From: an uncultured Leucobacter sp.
Lineage (GTDB): Bacteria > Actinomycetota > Actinomycetes > Actinomycetales > Microbacteriaceae
Assembly (NCBI GenBank): GCA_937967375.1
Contig: CALCJF010000011.1
Span: 6,160 to 70,159 of the forward strand
Direction: 5' to 3'
Length of the DNA stretch: 64,000 nucleotides
Of the stretch, positions 39,175-48,984 are shown piece by piece. The position numbers were made by a program, and so were the translations under genes. Under the pieces are notes generated by a model, which worked only from the letters and a program-made list of their open reading frames with translations, ran no database searches and was not told the origin of the DNA. Positions within the stretch are counted from its first letter, which is position 1, and each line of letters starts with the position of its first letter.

Positions 39175-39687
39175 ATGAGTGAAGACATCGATGCCTACCT
39201 CAGCGACCTGCCAGGCGAGGCCGTGAACCGCCTGCAGCAGATGCGATCTATGGTGCGCGAGCAGTGCCCGGACGCGGTCGAGGGCATCAACTATGGACTC
39301 ATCGGCTACAAGCTGCACGGGCACCCGCTTGTCTACTTCGGCGGGTTCAAGAACCACGTGGGTCTCTACGCGACTCCAAACGGGCACGAGGCCTTCGCAG
39401 ATGAGTTCGCGCGCTACAAGCAGGGCAAGGGATCGGTGCAGTTTCCGCTCACAGAATCACTGCCTGTCGAGCTCATCGAGCGGGTCATCGCCTACCGGGT
39501 ACAGACCGTGGGCGAAGAGCTGCCCAAGATCGGCGGGCCCGCGACGAGGGCGCTCGCAGGCATTGGCGTGACGGCGATGAGCCAGCTGACGGGGCACACC
39601 GAACGGGAGCTACTCGAACTGCACGGCCTCGGCCCGAAGGCTATTCGCCTGCTTCGCGAGGCTGGGGCGCAATTTCGGGCAGAGTGA
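39175..39687 (+). CDS. DUF1801 protein with C-terminal helix-hairpin-helix domain
   Basis: INYGLIGY..YFGGFKNHVGLY..GKGSVQFP; then LPKIGGPATRAL..LHGLGPKAI. Confidence 0.85.
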   Translation: MSEDIDAYLSDLPGEAVNRLQQMRSMVREQCPDAVEGINYGLIGYKLHGHPLVYFGGFKNHVGLYATPNGHEAFADEFARYKQGKGSVQFPLTESLPVELIERVIAYRVQTVGEELPKIGGPATRALAGIGVTAMSQLTGHTERELLELHGLGPKAIRLLREAGAQFRAE

Positions 39688-40276
39688 CCTGCGGCTCGCG
39701 TTCGGCGCGCTGTGCGTGCCGCAGCTGCGTGGTTGAGAGCAGCACGATCCTGATGCCGACGAGCACGCTACGCAGGCCGAGCACGATCGTAAGCGCAATC
39801 TCGCCGAGCGCGGGCAGAAACGCGCACGCCAGCGCAAGCGTCACGTCGAGCAGCCCGAAGACGAGTTCGGCCCGCGGCCGCTCGGAGTCGCGCCGCACGA
39901 CCGCCGCGATCCTCGCAGCCCCGCTCGAGAGATAGATGAGCGCTGCGAGCGAGATGAGGCCCTCGTGCGAAACGACCCCCGAGAGCACCACCAGACCACC
40001 CGCGAGTGCAAGGCAGCCGGTGGCGACGCGCAGCCAGCCCCGGCCGCGCCGCTCGCTTCTGAGGCCCGAGACCAGATCGTCGACTCCCGAGAGCGCAAAA
40101 CCGAGGCCGACCATGAAGCGCAACCGCAGCTCGACGTCGCCCTGCGGTGCCAGCAACACGAGGCCCGCGCCGAGCGAGACGAAACCAAGAACGGTGACAA
40201 GCCACCACGGCAGCTTGCGAACCACCGTGGCGAGGCGGTCCTGCAGCGCCCAGGCTCTATCGTGCAGTGAGGTCAT
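39641..40276 (-). CDS. HdeD/DUF308-like membrane protein
   Basis: Six hydrophobic segments; family by pattern only. Confidence 0.65.
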   Translation of the reverse strand: MTSLHDRAWALQDRLATVVRKLPWWLVTVLGFVSLGAGLVLLAPQGDVELRLRFMVGLGFALSGVDDLVSGLRSERRGRGWLRVATGCLALAGGLVVLSGVVSHEGLISLAALIYLSSGAARIAAVVRRDSERPRAELVFGLLDVTLALACAFLPALGEIALTIVLGLRSVLVGIRIVLLSTTQLRHAQRAEREPQVTLPEIAPQPREAGE

Positions 40277-40346
40277 GCGTCAATTCTTGCGCATGCGAGG
40301 GGTAAGGTCGCAGCAGCCGATCCGAGTCAGACCGAGACGTGGCCAG

Positions 40347-40799
40347 CTACTCCATGAGCGTCGCGGCGACCGTCGAGCCCAGCTCGGCCGCCTGCTGCAC
40401 GTACTGATCGTCGACCTCGCCGGTGAAGATCAGGGGCTCGGTGACGAGCGACCAGCCATAGCCGGTCGTGATCGACTTCATTGCGATTTCAGCGCCGGTC
40501 GTGTCGTAGCCCCCATGAATCCAATACGAGAAGGGCCGCTTCTTCGTCGCCTCATGCGTGGCGTTGAACGTCGTGTCGAAGAAGTGCTTGAGCGCGCCAG
40601 AGATGTAGCCGAAGTTCGCGGTCGTGCCGAGAATATAGCCATCTGCGCCGAGCACGTCGTCGACCGTCGCCTCGAGGGCCGCGCGCTCGATGACCTCGAC
40701 GCCCTCGATCTCGTCGAGCCGCGCGCCAGCCAGCACTGCGTCCGCAATGCCGCGGGTGGGCAGCGTCGGGGAGTGGTGCACAACGAGCAACCTGGCCAT
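40347..40799 (-). CDS. Flavodoxin-like protein
   Basis: LVVHHSPT, GTTANFGYISGALKHFFD; TACACT-N6-ATG. Confidence 0.85.
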   Translation of the reverse strand: MARLLVVHHSPTLPTRGIADAVLAGARLDEIEGVEVIERAALEATVDDVLGADGYILGTTANFGYISGALKHFFDTTFNATHEATKKRPFSYWIHGGYDTTGAEIAMKSITTGYGWSLVTEPLIFTGEVDDQYVQQAAELGSTVAATLME

Positions 40800-40858
40800 G
40801 CCGCCAGTGTACGCCCGGCGCGCGCCATGCACCGATGAGGCATGGCTAGGCTGGTCGC

Positions 40859-41725
40859 ATGAGCGAGATTCGGGCAGCAATCGTCACCGGTGCATCGAGA
40901 GGGATCGGTAGGGCGCTTGCCCTCTCGCTCGCCGCCGCAGGCTCACCCGTTGGTCTGATCGCGCGCGACGAGGCCAAGTTGCAGGCCGTCGCGGCAGAGG
41001 TCATCGCGGACGGAGGCCATGCGATCTTCCGCGCAGTTGACGTTACCGATGCCGAGGCGACGATGGCGGCCGCATCGGCTCTCGCAGACGAGCTCAGCGT
41101 GCTCGGCGCGCCCGTCGGATTGCTCGTGAACGCCGCGGGGCGCATCGACCGCGAGGTCGCGCTCTGGGAGGCCGAACCTGCCGAGTGGCGCGCGATCATC
41201 GAGACAAACCTCGTCGGCTCGTTCAACGTGTCGCGCGCGGTAATTCCGCACATGCTCGACGCGGTGAACGCCGCGAACGCACAGTACTGCCGCGTCGTCG
41301 AGCTCGCCTCGGGTGCTGGTGCCAAAGACTGGGCGAAGGCCTCGGCCTATACCTCAAGCAAGGCCGGGGTGATTCGCATCGCCGGGCACCTGCACGAGGC
41401 CGGCTACGCCCTAGGTCTGCGCGCCTTCGCCGTCGCGCCCGGCACGGTGCGCACTGACATGACCGGGTCGATGGAGCTGCACCAGGGGCGCAAAGAGTTC
41501 ACACCGGTCGAGCTGACCACAGACCTCGTGCTTGCGATTCACCGCGGCGAGCTCGACTCGTGGTCTGGCAAGTACCTGCGAGTCACCCACGACAGCCCCG
41601 AATCGCTCGCGAGCTACGAGCACGAGCACGGCGCCCCGGCAGAGAGCGTGCGCCGACTCGCGATCACGCCGTGGGGCGACGGCGATCCGCAATCTGCCGA
41701 AGCCATGGTGCCAAAGCGAGGCTGA
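40859..41725 (+). CDS. SDR family oxidoreductase
   Basis: TGASRGIG, VNAAG, YTSSK; TAGGCT-N6-ATG. Confidence 0.92.
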   Translation: MSEIRAAIVTGASRGIGRALALSLAAAGSPVGLIARDEAKLQAVAAEVIADGGHAIFRAVDVTDAEATMAAASALADELSVLGAPVGLLVNAAGRIDREVALWEAEPAEWRAIIETNLVGSFNVSRAVIPHMLDAVNAANAQYCRVVELASGAGAKDWAKASAYTSSKAGVIRIAGHLHEAGYALGLRAFAVAPGTVRTDMTGSMELHQGRKEFTPVELTTDLVLAIHRGELDSWSGKYLRVTHDSPESLASYEHEHGAPAESVRRLAITPWGDGDPQSAEAMVPKRG

Positions 41726-41815
41726 GCCTCGCAACCCCTTGGCAACCCCAGCCGCGAGTGTCAAGCTGAAATGACACCAGCGCGCCGCTCGGCGCAGAAG
41801 CGAAGGGAGCCGCTC

Positions 41816-42388
41816 ATGGCTGAGAATGCAACAGGCGAACTGCAGGTCGGCATCATCGTGGGGTCGATCCGCGAGGGCCGCAAAGGCAGCAAGGTCGGCA
41901 GGTGGGTCGCCGACATCGCAGCAGACAGAGACGACGCGCAATACGTACTGCTCGAACTCGCCGATTACGAACTGCCGTTGCTCACCGACGCCACGGTGCC
42001 AGGCGGAGCGAACCGGCAATACGACTCCGAGGCCCGCACGCGCTGGGGCCGAGACATTGACCTCTGCGACGCCTTCGTATTCGTAACCGCCGAATACAAC
42101 CACGGCGTTCCCGGGGCGTTCAAGAACGCCTATGACTCGATTGGGCCCGAGTGGGCGAACAAGGCGGTCGGCTTTGTGTCGTACGGTTCGGTGAGCGGGG
42201 CGCGAGCTGTCGAGCAGTGGCGCCAGATCGTCGCGACATTCGGCATGGTCGACGTCGCGCCCCAGGTCGCGATGTCGACATTTACCGAGTTCGACAAGAA
42301 CGGCGGTTTCGCTCCCAACGAGCGTCACGTCAAAGAGCTTGGGGCGGTGCTCGACGCGGTGGTCTCGCGGGCGAGCAAGTTGGGGTGA
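41816..42388 (+). CDS. NADPH-dependent FMN reductase
   Basis: GSIREGRKG, TAEYNHGVPGAFKNA, SYGSVSGARAVEQ. Confidence 0.92.
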   Translation: MAENATGELQVGIIVGSIREGRKGSKVGRWVADIAADRDDAQYVLLELADYELPLLTDATVPGGANRQYDSEARTRWGRDIDLCDAFVFVTAEYNHGVPGAFKNAYDSIGPEWANKAVGFVSYGSVSGARAVEQWRQIVATFGMVDVAPQVAMSTFTEFDKNGGFAPNERHVKELGAVLDAVVSRASKLG

Positions 42389-42439
42389 CGTTCGGCCTGC
42401 CGTTTCGTTCGAGTGCCAGGACACTGCCAGAATGAACGC

Positions 42440-42937
42440 ATGCACACTCACCCCCCGACTTCGGCGCGCATCACCGGCATAGCGCTCATCGTGCTGCCGC
42501 TCGTCGCGCTGCTGCTGAAGACCTTCTCGTTCGGGTGGATGATGGTGTTCATCATCTTTGGCCCGATCTTCGTCATGGCGATCGGCTACGTGCTGCAGGT
42601 CATCATTGCGGCGCAGGGCTTTCTCTCAAAGAAAGGCCTGTTCGATGCCGCGCGGTCGAGGCGTGCGACGATCGCAGCCTGGGTGAGCCTCGCGGGCGCG
42701 CTTGTGCTCGGCATCACGATGCCAGACGGCGGCGACACCGGGTGGGGGTCTACCCTGCAGGTCTGGCTCGGGGTCTACGGCGAGAACGGCGAGGCGGTGC
42801 ACGCGGCAACCGACGGCCTCACGACCGTGCTCGCATACATAGCGGCAATCGCATGGGTTGTCGGCTGGATCTGGCTCATGGTCGAGTGGATCGGTGCGTT
42901 TGCGGTTCGCCGCAGGCAGCAACTCGGCATGGCGTAG
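42440..42937 (+). CDS. Hypothetical membrane protein
   Basis: Four hydrophobic segments; CAGAAT-N6-ATG. Confidence 0.75.
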   Translation: MHTHPPTSARITGIALIVLPLVALLLKTFSFGWMMVFIIFGPIFVMAIGYVLQVIIAAQGFLSKKGLFDAARSRRATIAAWVSLAGALVLGITMPDGGDTGWGSTLQVWLGVYGENGEAVHAATDGLTTVLAYIAAIAWVVGWIWLMVEWIGAFAVRRRQQLGMA

Positions 42938-43065
42938 CCGTGATCCAACGTTACAAATAAGTACCGTCTGCAACGTGCGGGCGCTACTGTTAACACATAT
43001 GCCACGGGCAAACGCCGGTCAGGACGACACAGTTGTCGCTGCGGCGAGAGGGCGAAGGGATCCGC

Positions 43066-43431
43066 ATGGACGAGCAGCTGGGCGAGCGTAAGGCGCGGCT
43101 CGCGTTGGTCGTGGAAGACAGCCAAGACCAGCTCATGCTGTTGCAACGCATGCTCGAGCGCGAGGGGTTTTCGGTGTTTGCGGCGATTAGCGCCGAAGCC
43201 GCGATCGCCGCGTTCGACACCATCTCGCCCAGCGTAGCGATCGTCGATCTGCTGCTACCCGGTGTCTCAGGTGCCGAATGCGCCCGGCTTGTGCGGGGCA
43301 GGTTTCCCGATTGCGCGATTGTCATCAGCTCGGTGCTCGACGCCGAGGGCTACCCCGAGTCAGATGCAGCGCTGCCAAAACCTGTAACCGGCGCGTCGCT
43401 GCACGCTGCGATCGAGCGGGTCGCGGCGTGA
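43066..43431 (+). CDS. Single-domain response regulator receiver
   Basis: VEDS, IVDLLLP (phospho-Asp), ISS, LPKP; no output domain. Confidence 0.9.
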   Translation: MDEQLGERKARLALVVEDSQDQLMLLQRMLEREGFSVFAAISAEAAIAAFDTISPSVAIVDLLLPGVSGAECARLVRGRFPDCAIVISSVLDAEGYPESDAALPKPVTGASLHAAIERVAA

Positions 43432-45173
43432 CCGATGAGTCGAGGCTGCAACGCCTCTTCGGGAGGCCTAGCCCTCTACTGAAGCAGATGCCGTCGCTTG
43501 CGGCGATGTTGATCGCTTGGGGGCTCACACTTTCGGTCTCTGAGATGCAGATCAGCAGCCACTGGCTGGTGAGCATGGGAGTGCTGCTGGTCTTCTTCGC
43601 AACGCTCTACGCCGCATGGCTGAGTTCGCGAGGCCGCTACGAGGGCTTCATCGTGATGCTCATTCCGATGGCAGATATTATCGCGTTCGGTCTGTTCCGA
43701 ACCGGAACTGGCGGTACCTCATCGCTCTTCGGATCGCTGCTGCTGATTCCCGTCGTGTGGCTCGCGGCGGCACCAGGCATTCGCTACGTCGTCTTCGTCG
43801 CGGTGCTCTCGTCGTTCAACTACTCGATCCAGTTCTTCACCGACCCGCCGACGAGTTCAGTCGAATGGGTGCGCGCCATCGTTGCGCCGCTCGTGTTCGC
43901 GGTGGTCGCCGCAGTGATCAACGAGCTCTCGCGTCAGCAGCGCCGCCGCACTGAACAAGCCGAACAGTTGCTCGATGAGCGCACACAAGCGATCAAGCAG
44001 AACGAGCAGATGATCCAGCGACTCAACGAGAGTCGCAAAGAATATCGAGCACTGCTCGAATCGTTCGAAAGCCTGTGGTCGTCGATTACGGCGCAGGCGA
44101 TCTTCGCGACCGACACCGCAGGCAAGGTGCAGGCGTGGACACCGGGAGCCGAGAATCTCTTCGGCCTTACCGTGCAACAGGCGCTCGATACTGTCACGAT
44201 CGAGCGCTTCTTTCCCCAGTCTGTGCTCGAGACGCTCGCAAGCGATCGCCCCGCCGATTGCGAACTGGCTGGGTCGGAGTCGCTGCCCGAAGGTATTCGT
44301 GCGCTGTTTGCGGCGACCGACGCGACGTCGACCTTCGAAACGAATCTCGAGGTAAACACCGCAACTGGAGTGACTGTGCCGGCACGAGTCACCGTGACAC
44401 AGCGTCGTGATGGCGACGGCAAACACCTCGGCTACCTGCTCGTCATCACCGACGAGACCCGTGCGGCCGAGGTCGCCCGCATGAAAGACGAATTCGTCGG
44501 CATGGTGTCGCACGAACTGCGCACGCCGTTGAGCTCGATTCTCGGTTTTCTCGACCTGCTGCAGAACGACCCTGAGCAGCCGCTCAGCGAAGACCAACAG
44601 GAGTTCGTCGACGTCATCGAGCGCAACGCGAACCGTCTGCTCGCACTTGTCGGCGACCTGCTCTTCACCGCGCAGGTCGAGGCGGGCTCGTTTCCGCTTG
44701 CTCTGCGCGAGTTCGATCTCAACGAGAGTGTCGCCGCCGCCGTGCGTTCGGCGCAACCGAACGCAGTTCGTGGCGAAGTCGAGGTTATCGAAAAGCTGGG
44801 GGACGAGCCGCTCATCGTGACCGCCGACCCGGTGCGCATAGGTCAGGCGGTCGACAACCTGCTTTCGAACGCCATCAAGTTCACGCCGAGCGGCGGCAAA
44901 GTGACCGTCGGAGCGAGGCCGCTCGACGGGGCCGTGGAAATCTGGGTGCGCGATACTGGCCTCGGCATCCCAAAAGCCGAGCAAGACAAGCTCTTCACGC
45001 GATTCTTTCGCGCCTCTACTGCAACGAGAAACGCAGTGCCAGGCATCGGTCTCGGGCTCACCATTATTCGCGCGATCGTGCTCGCGCACGGCGGCACGAT
45101 GTCGGTGACGAGCGGTGAGGGCGAGGGCACCGAGTTTCGGGTCACGGTGCCACTGGTGGCCGTCGCGCGCTGA
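43428..45173 (+). CDS. Membrane sensor histidine kinase with PAS-like domain
   Basis: SHELRTPL, NLLSNAIKFT, DTGLGIP, GIGLGL; N-terminal TM bundle; GTGA overlap. Confidence 0.95.
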   Translation: MTDESRLQRLFGRPSPLLKQMPSLAAMLIAWGLTLSVSEMQISSHWLVSMGVLLVFFATLYAAWLSSRGRYEGFIVMLIPMADIIAFGLFRTGTGGTSSLFGSLLLIPVVWLAAAPGIRYVVFVAVLSSFNYSIQFFTDPPTSSVEWVRAIVAPLVFAVVAAVINELSRQQRRRTEQAEQLLDERTQAIKQNEQMIQRLNESRKEYRALLESFESLWSSITAQAIFATDTAGKVQAWTPGAENLFGLTVQQALDTVTIERFFPQSVLETLASDRPADCELAGSESLPEGIRALFAATDATSTFETNLEVNTATGVTVPARVTVTQRRDGDGKHLGYLLVITDETRAAEVARMKDEFVGMVSHELRTPLSSILGFLDLLQNDPEQPLSEDQQEFVDVIERNANRLLALVGDLLFTAQVEAGSFPLALREFDLNESVAAAVRSAQPNAVRGEVEVIEKLGDEPLIVTADPVRIGQAVDNLLSNAIKFTPSGGKVTVGARPLDGAVEIWVRDTGLGIPKAEQDKLFTRFFRASTATRNAVPGIGLGLTIIRAIVLAHGGTMSVTSGEGEGTEFRVTVPLVAVAR

Positions 45174-45242
45174 CGCCAGCAACGTGAGTACGCCCGCCGA
45201 GAAACTAGTTGCCTTTGGCAATCAACTGCGTAGACTGGGGGC

Positions 45243-45758
45243 ATGACCGAACGTCACGCCGATGGTCACACCCCGGCAGAGGTGCACGAGCCGCAGGCGG
45301 CAGACCTGCTTGATGCGCTCGTGTCGCTCGTTGCGAGCTGGTCGTCTCCGGTCGTGCAGGGCGAAATCGCGAAGCGAATGGGCCTCAGCATCAACGAAGC
45401 CGACGTGCGCACACTGCACACGATCGGGCGGTTCGGATCGTTGCGCCCTGCGCAGCTCGCAGCCGAGCTGTACCTGACGCGGCCCACCACCAGCAAGAGT
45501 CTCGCTCGCCTCGCGGGCGCCGGCTTGATCGAGCGTCGCAGCGCCACCGACGACGCCCGCGCAGCAGAGATCACCCTCACGCCCGACGGCCTCGCGGTCT
45601 ACGAGCGCCTCGTTGCCGCCGGCATTGCCATGGTCGAGCAGGCGATCGCCGAGGTGCATCCGGGATCCAGCGAGGCCGCGTCTATTGCGCAGTTCGCCCG
45701 CGCGCTGCGACGCTACGCCAGCCCAGAGAACCAACCGCGGCCAGAAGCTCGCGGCTGA
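45243..45758 (+). CDS. MarR family regulator
   Basis: TTSKSLARLAGAGLIERRSATDDARA..LTPDG; TAGACT-N6-ATG. Confidence 0.9.
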   Translation: MTERHADGHTPAEVHEPQAADLLDALVSLVASWSSPVVQGEIAKRMGLSINEADVRTLHTIGRFGSLRPAQLAAELYLTRPTTSKSLARLAGAGLIERRSATDDARAAEITLTPDGLAVYERLVAAGIAMVEQAIAEVHPGSSEAASIAQFARALRRYASPENQPRPEARG

Positions 45759-45796
45759 ACAAAAACACCACACTCAAGAAAGAAATGGAGCGAAAC

Positions 45797-46591
45797 ATGA
45801 CTCGCACCTATGTGATCACCGGAGCCGCATCTGGCATCGGGGCTACCACCGCGCAGACCCTGCGCGAGCAGGGCCACACCGTGATCGGTGTCGACCTGAA
45901 AGACGTTGAGGTGACTGCCGATCTTTCGACGCACGAGGGGCGCATCGCCGCAGCCGAACAGGCTGCGAAGCTCGCGGGCGGCACGGTCGACGCCGTCATC
46001 GCGTGCGCGGGCATTGCCGCGCCCATCGCCAAGACGATCGCCATCAACTTCTTCGGCGTGACCGAGTTCTTGACCGCGATGCTGCCGGCTCTGCGCGCAT
46101 CGAGCGCGCCTCGCGTCGCGGTCGTATCGTCGATGGCGTCACTGCAAACGGTTTCGGCTGAGCTCGTTGACGCGGCTCTCGCAGGCGACGAGGATCGCGC
46201 GCTGCAGATCGCCGCTGGCCTTGAAGCGCAGGGGCCCGGGATCGGCTACCTGATGTACCCGTCGTCGAAGCGCGCGCTCTCGCGCTGGGTGCGCCGCGAG
46301 TCGATCAGCGAGGCATGGGCAGGGAGCGGCATTCCGTTGAATGCCGTCGGCCCGGGAACCGTGATCACGCCCATGACTGCCCCGCTGCTCGCCACACCCG
46401 AGGGTGCCGCGATGGTCGACCAGTCGGTGCCGATGCCGCTCAACTACCACCAGTCGCCCCAGACGGTCGCCGACCTGCTGATCTGGCTTACTAGCCCGCA
46501 GAACTCGCACCTCGCAGGCCAGACCATCTACTGCGATGGCGGCGCCGACGCCACGTTGCGCGGTGACGACGTCTGGTCGTGGAACGACTAG
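45797..46591 (+). CDS. SDR family oxidoreductase (3-alpha-HSD/carbonyl-reductase-like)
   Basis: TGAASGIG, ACAG, INFFG, YPSSK, NAVGPG; GGAG RBS. Confidence 0.92.
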   Translation: MTRTYVITGAASGIGATTAQTLREQGHTVIGVDLKDVEVTADLSTHEGRIAAAEQAAKLAGGTVDAVIACAGIAAPIAKTIAINFFGVTEFLTAMLPALRASSAPRVAVVSSMASLQTVSAELVDAALAGDEDRALQIAAGLEAQGPGIGYLMYPSSKRALSRWVRRESISEAWAGSGIPLNAVGPGTVITPMTAPLLATPEGAAMVDQSVPMPLNYHQSPQTVADLLIWLTSPQNSHLAGQTIYCDGGADATLRGDDVWSWND

Positions 46592-46600
46592 ATTCCGCTA

Positions 46601-46645
46601 CGACACAGTGCGGCATCACTTGCTTGATGCCGCACTGTGTCGTTT
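46601..46645 (+). terminator. Terminator after SDR gene
   Basis: Perfect 18-bp stem CGACACAGTGCGGCATCA / TGATGCCGCACTGTGTCG, then TTT. Confidence 0.8.
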
Positions 46646-46678
46646 CGTGTCGTACTGTGTCGCACCGCATCGCCCGAT

Positions 46679-46709
46679 TTGTCCTCAAGTTCACTTGAGG
46701 TTGTAACGT
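46679..46709 (+). promoter_or_regulatory. Second SoxR-box promoter, upstream of flavin reductase
   Basis: -35 TTGTCC (46679-84), 19-bp spacer, -10 TAACGT (46704-09); CCTCAAGTTCACTTGAGG at 46683-46700. Confidence 0.85.
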
Positions 46710-46789
46710 CGTAGTATGCGTAATTCTGTGATCGGCGGCACGCCGAACCCCGCTCCTTCGCTCCGTGGCTTGCGTTCGCGAGACGCCCG

Positions 46790-47290
46790 ATGAGCGGCGA
46801 GGGCGTGGACGCTGGCGTGAGCGTCGCCGAGCAGTTCAAGGCAGCATTTCGCGAGCACCCTGCCGGCATCGCGCTGATCACGGCGACCACCCCAGAAGGG
46901 CCGGTCGGCCTCACCGCCTCAAGCGTGGCATCGGTTGGCCTCGATCCGGTCGCTCTGACGTTCTCGGTCACCCGCGCCACCGGAAGCGCGGGCGCGCTGC
47001 TCTCGGCCGATACCTTCTTGGTGCATCTGCTCGATGCGCGCCAGCTGGCCGTCGCCGAGCAGTTCGCGGTCTCGGGCGGCGAGCGCTTCACCGAGGCGCA
47101 GGGGTGGCAGACTCTGCCCACCGGCGAGCCGCACCTGCCCGGTGTGCGCGCTGCGCTGCGCTGCCGCGCGTTGCAGGTGACCCCGGTCGGCGCCTCGTCG
47201 GCGGTGATTGCCGAGGTGCTCGACGTGATCGAGGGCGACTCGGGCGCGGCGCTCATCTACATTGATCGCTCGTTTCGGGTGCTGTCGTAG
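46790..47290 (+). CDS. Flavin reductase-like protein
   Basis: FKAAFREHPAGIALIT, GLTASSVASV..P, GGERF. Confidence 0.9.
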   Translation: MSGEGVDAGVSVAEQFKAAFREHPAGIALITATTPEGPVGLTASSVASVGLDPVALTFSVTRATGSAGALLSADTFLVHLLDARQLAVAEQFAVSGGERFTEAQGWQTLPTGEPHLPGVRAALRCRALQVTPVGASSAVIAEVLDVIEGDSGAALIYIDRSFRVLS

Positions 47291-47319
47291 CTCGATCGAG
47301 CCCGATTGAACCCGCCCCG

Positions 47320-48288
47320 TCAGTGAACGGTGGTCGTATGCTTCAGCAACTCGCCAGGGTGGCGGCCGTATTCGCTGCGATAGGTCGCGGTGAATCTCGA
47401 GACGTTTGAGAACCCCCAGCGCTTGGCGATCGCGGCGAGGCTGTCGCCCGGTTTGGCGGCAAGCAAAGCGTCTCGAGCGCCAGCGAGTCGAACCCTGCGC
47501 AGGTAGTCGTTCGGGGAGATGTCGTGTGCGCGCCGAAACGCGTACTGCAGCCCGCGCGTAGAGATATGCGAGGCACGCGCCACATCGTCGATCGTGATCG
47601 GCAGGTGTGCGTTCGCGTCGATGAATGCGATCGCGCGTTTCACAGTCTGCGGTGAGGCGCCGCGCTGTGCCGACCTGCGCGAGGCCTCTGAGAACGTCGT
47701 GGCGAACGAGCTGAACACCGCGAGCAGCGCCTGGCGCTGCAGCCCCGCGATCATCAGATCCTTCGTCTGCGGTTCATCGCTGTGCAGCCCGGCGAGCGAA
47801 GAGAGCACGTAATCAAACGTCAGTCGCCACTGAGCGGCTGAGCGGTGACACACGGCTTCTGAGCGGTCGACCCTCAAGACGAGAGTGTCGTCACCTGAGA
47901 TGAGGCGCGCCTGCTCCTGCGCGTAGTCGCGGTCAAATACGAGCGCCTGCACGCTCGCGCTCTCGCGCCAGTTGCCCCTGACCTCGCGGCCGTCGCTTGC
48001 CCACGGTAGCCTCGGGTCGAGGTGTCGACGATCATCTTCAATGCCGCCGTCGTTTGTCGTGAACTGGCACGTAAACAGCTGACCCGCCGGTTCGATGACC
48101 GACCGCACATCGGCTGCCATTTCGTACTTGATGAGGGCCATGCCGGCCATCGAAATCGAATGCCAGTCGAGACTGCACCTGCGCTCGTCCACCTGAACCA
48201 ACTCTGCCGAGGGTACGAACTCTCGCCAGATCTCTTCGACCTCTGCCACATCTGTCGATCGAAACTTCTGCACGTCGATGTGCTGCAA
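47320..48288 (-). CDS. AraC family regulator
   Basis: RGLQYAFRR..SPNDYLRRVRL, IAKRWGFSNVSRFTATYRSEYGRHP. Confidence 0.93.
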   Translation of the reverse strand: MQHIDVQKFRSTDVAEVEEIWREFVPSAELVQVDERRCSLDWHSISMAGMALIKYEMAADVRSVIEPAGQLFTCQFTTNDGGIEDDRRHLDPRLPWASDGREVRGNWRESASVQALVFDRDYAQEQARLISGDDTLVLRVDRSEAVCHRSAAQWRLTFDYVLSSLAGLHSDEPQTKDLMIAGLQRQALLAVFSSFATTFSEASRRSAQRGASPQTVKRAIAFIDANAHLPITIDDVARASHISTRGLQYAFRRAHDISPNDYLRRVRLAGARDALLAAKPGDSLAAIAKRWGFSNVSRFTATYRSEYGRHPGELLKHTTTVH

Positions 48289-48521
48289 CGATGACCCCCT
48301 CTTTTTAGCTATTGCTCACCTTCGGAAGAGGGCATCGCATGTGCTGAGCCTAACCCGCAACCGGGTGTGACGGGCCAACCGCGTCGTGTCGCCGAGAAGT
48401 CGTACGGGTGTGCGCGACGCTTATGACGAAAAGCGAACAGAAGCTGCGCGTGCTGTCAGCAAAGGCTGCGCTGGCCCGAAGTCGCGGTGCATGCGCGCTC
48501 GCCGCTGACATGATGAGCAAC

Positions 48522-48851
48522 ATGGGCTATTTGATACACGGAACGAATGAGTATGAGTTCGACGATCGTGTGCTGGCGCACCTGAAAGTGGTCGTCGGGC
48601 AGAAACTGAAGAAGCAAGAGTGCTTCTTCTTGAGCTGGACTCGCGCGCCCGAAGAAGGCAGCGGTCGGGTATCTGTGTGGCTCTCGCCGTATTCAAACAT
48701 CGCGTTCAGGTTTGCGGGCAGCCGGCCCCCGCAGCTCAACCTCGTCTGGGTGAAGGTGCTGGCCGCGCTGTCGCATACGCCGAGGGGGCTCGTCGTAGTG
48801 TCAGAAGACGAGGCCGAGACGTATGCTCGAAAGAACCCAGACCTGATCTGA
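48522..48851 (+). CDS. Small conserved actinobacterial hypothetical (DUF7882-like)
   Basis: MGYLIHG..EFDDRVLAHLKVVVGQKL..FFLSW..GRVSVWL pattern. Confidence 0.75.
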   Translation: MGYLIHGTNEYEFDDRVLAHLKVVVGQKLKKQECFFLSWTRAPEEGSGRVSVWLSPYSNIAFRFAGSRPPQLNLVWVKVLAALSHTPRGLVVVSEDEAETYARKNPDLI

Positions 48852-48984
48852 TTCGGCAGCGCCCCAATGTGCCTAGCGGCTGAGAGCGAGCACAGTCAAG
48901 CCCTATGGTCGCAGAGGCCCGCGCTCATATGCTCGAAGCGAGTGGAGACGCTGCCGTCTCGGCAGGGTCGGGACGGAGGTTGAC

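Noticed and set aside
43857-45221. 454-aa antisense ORF, and many similar long shadow ORFs (e.g. 2145..3035, 14984..16039, 35685..36869, 41411..42451)
   Set aside because: They overlap well-supported genes, are Arg/Ala/Pro-rich and lack motifs; expected in high-GC DNA
46643-46672. Short TGTGTCG-like repeats after the terminator
   Set aside because: Short and irregular; no defined unit or function
48522-48851. Calling this small protein a DNA ligase because it is near ligD
   Set aside because: About 109 aa with no KxDG or other ligase motif
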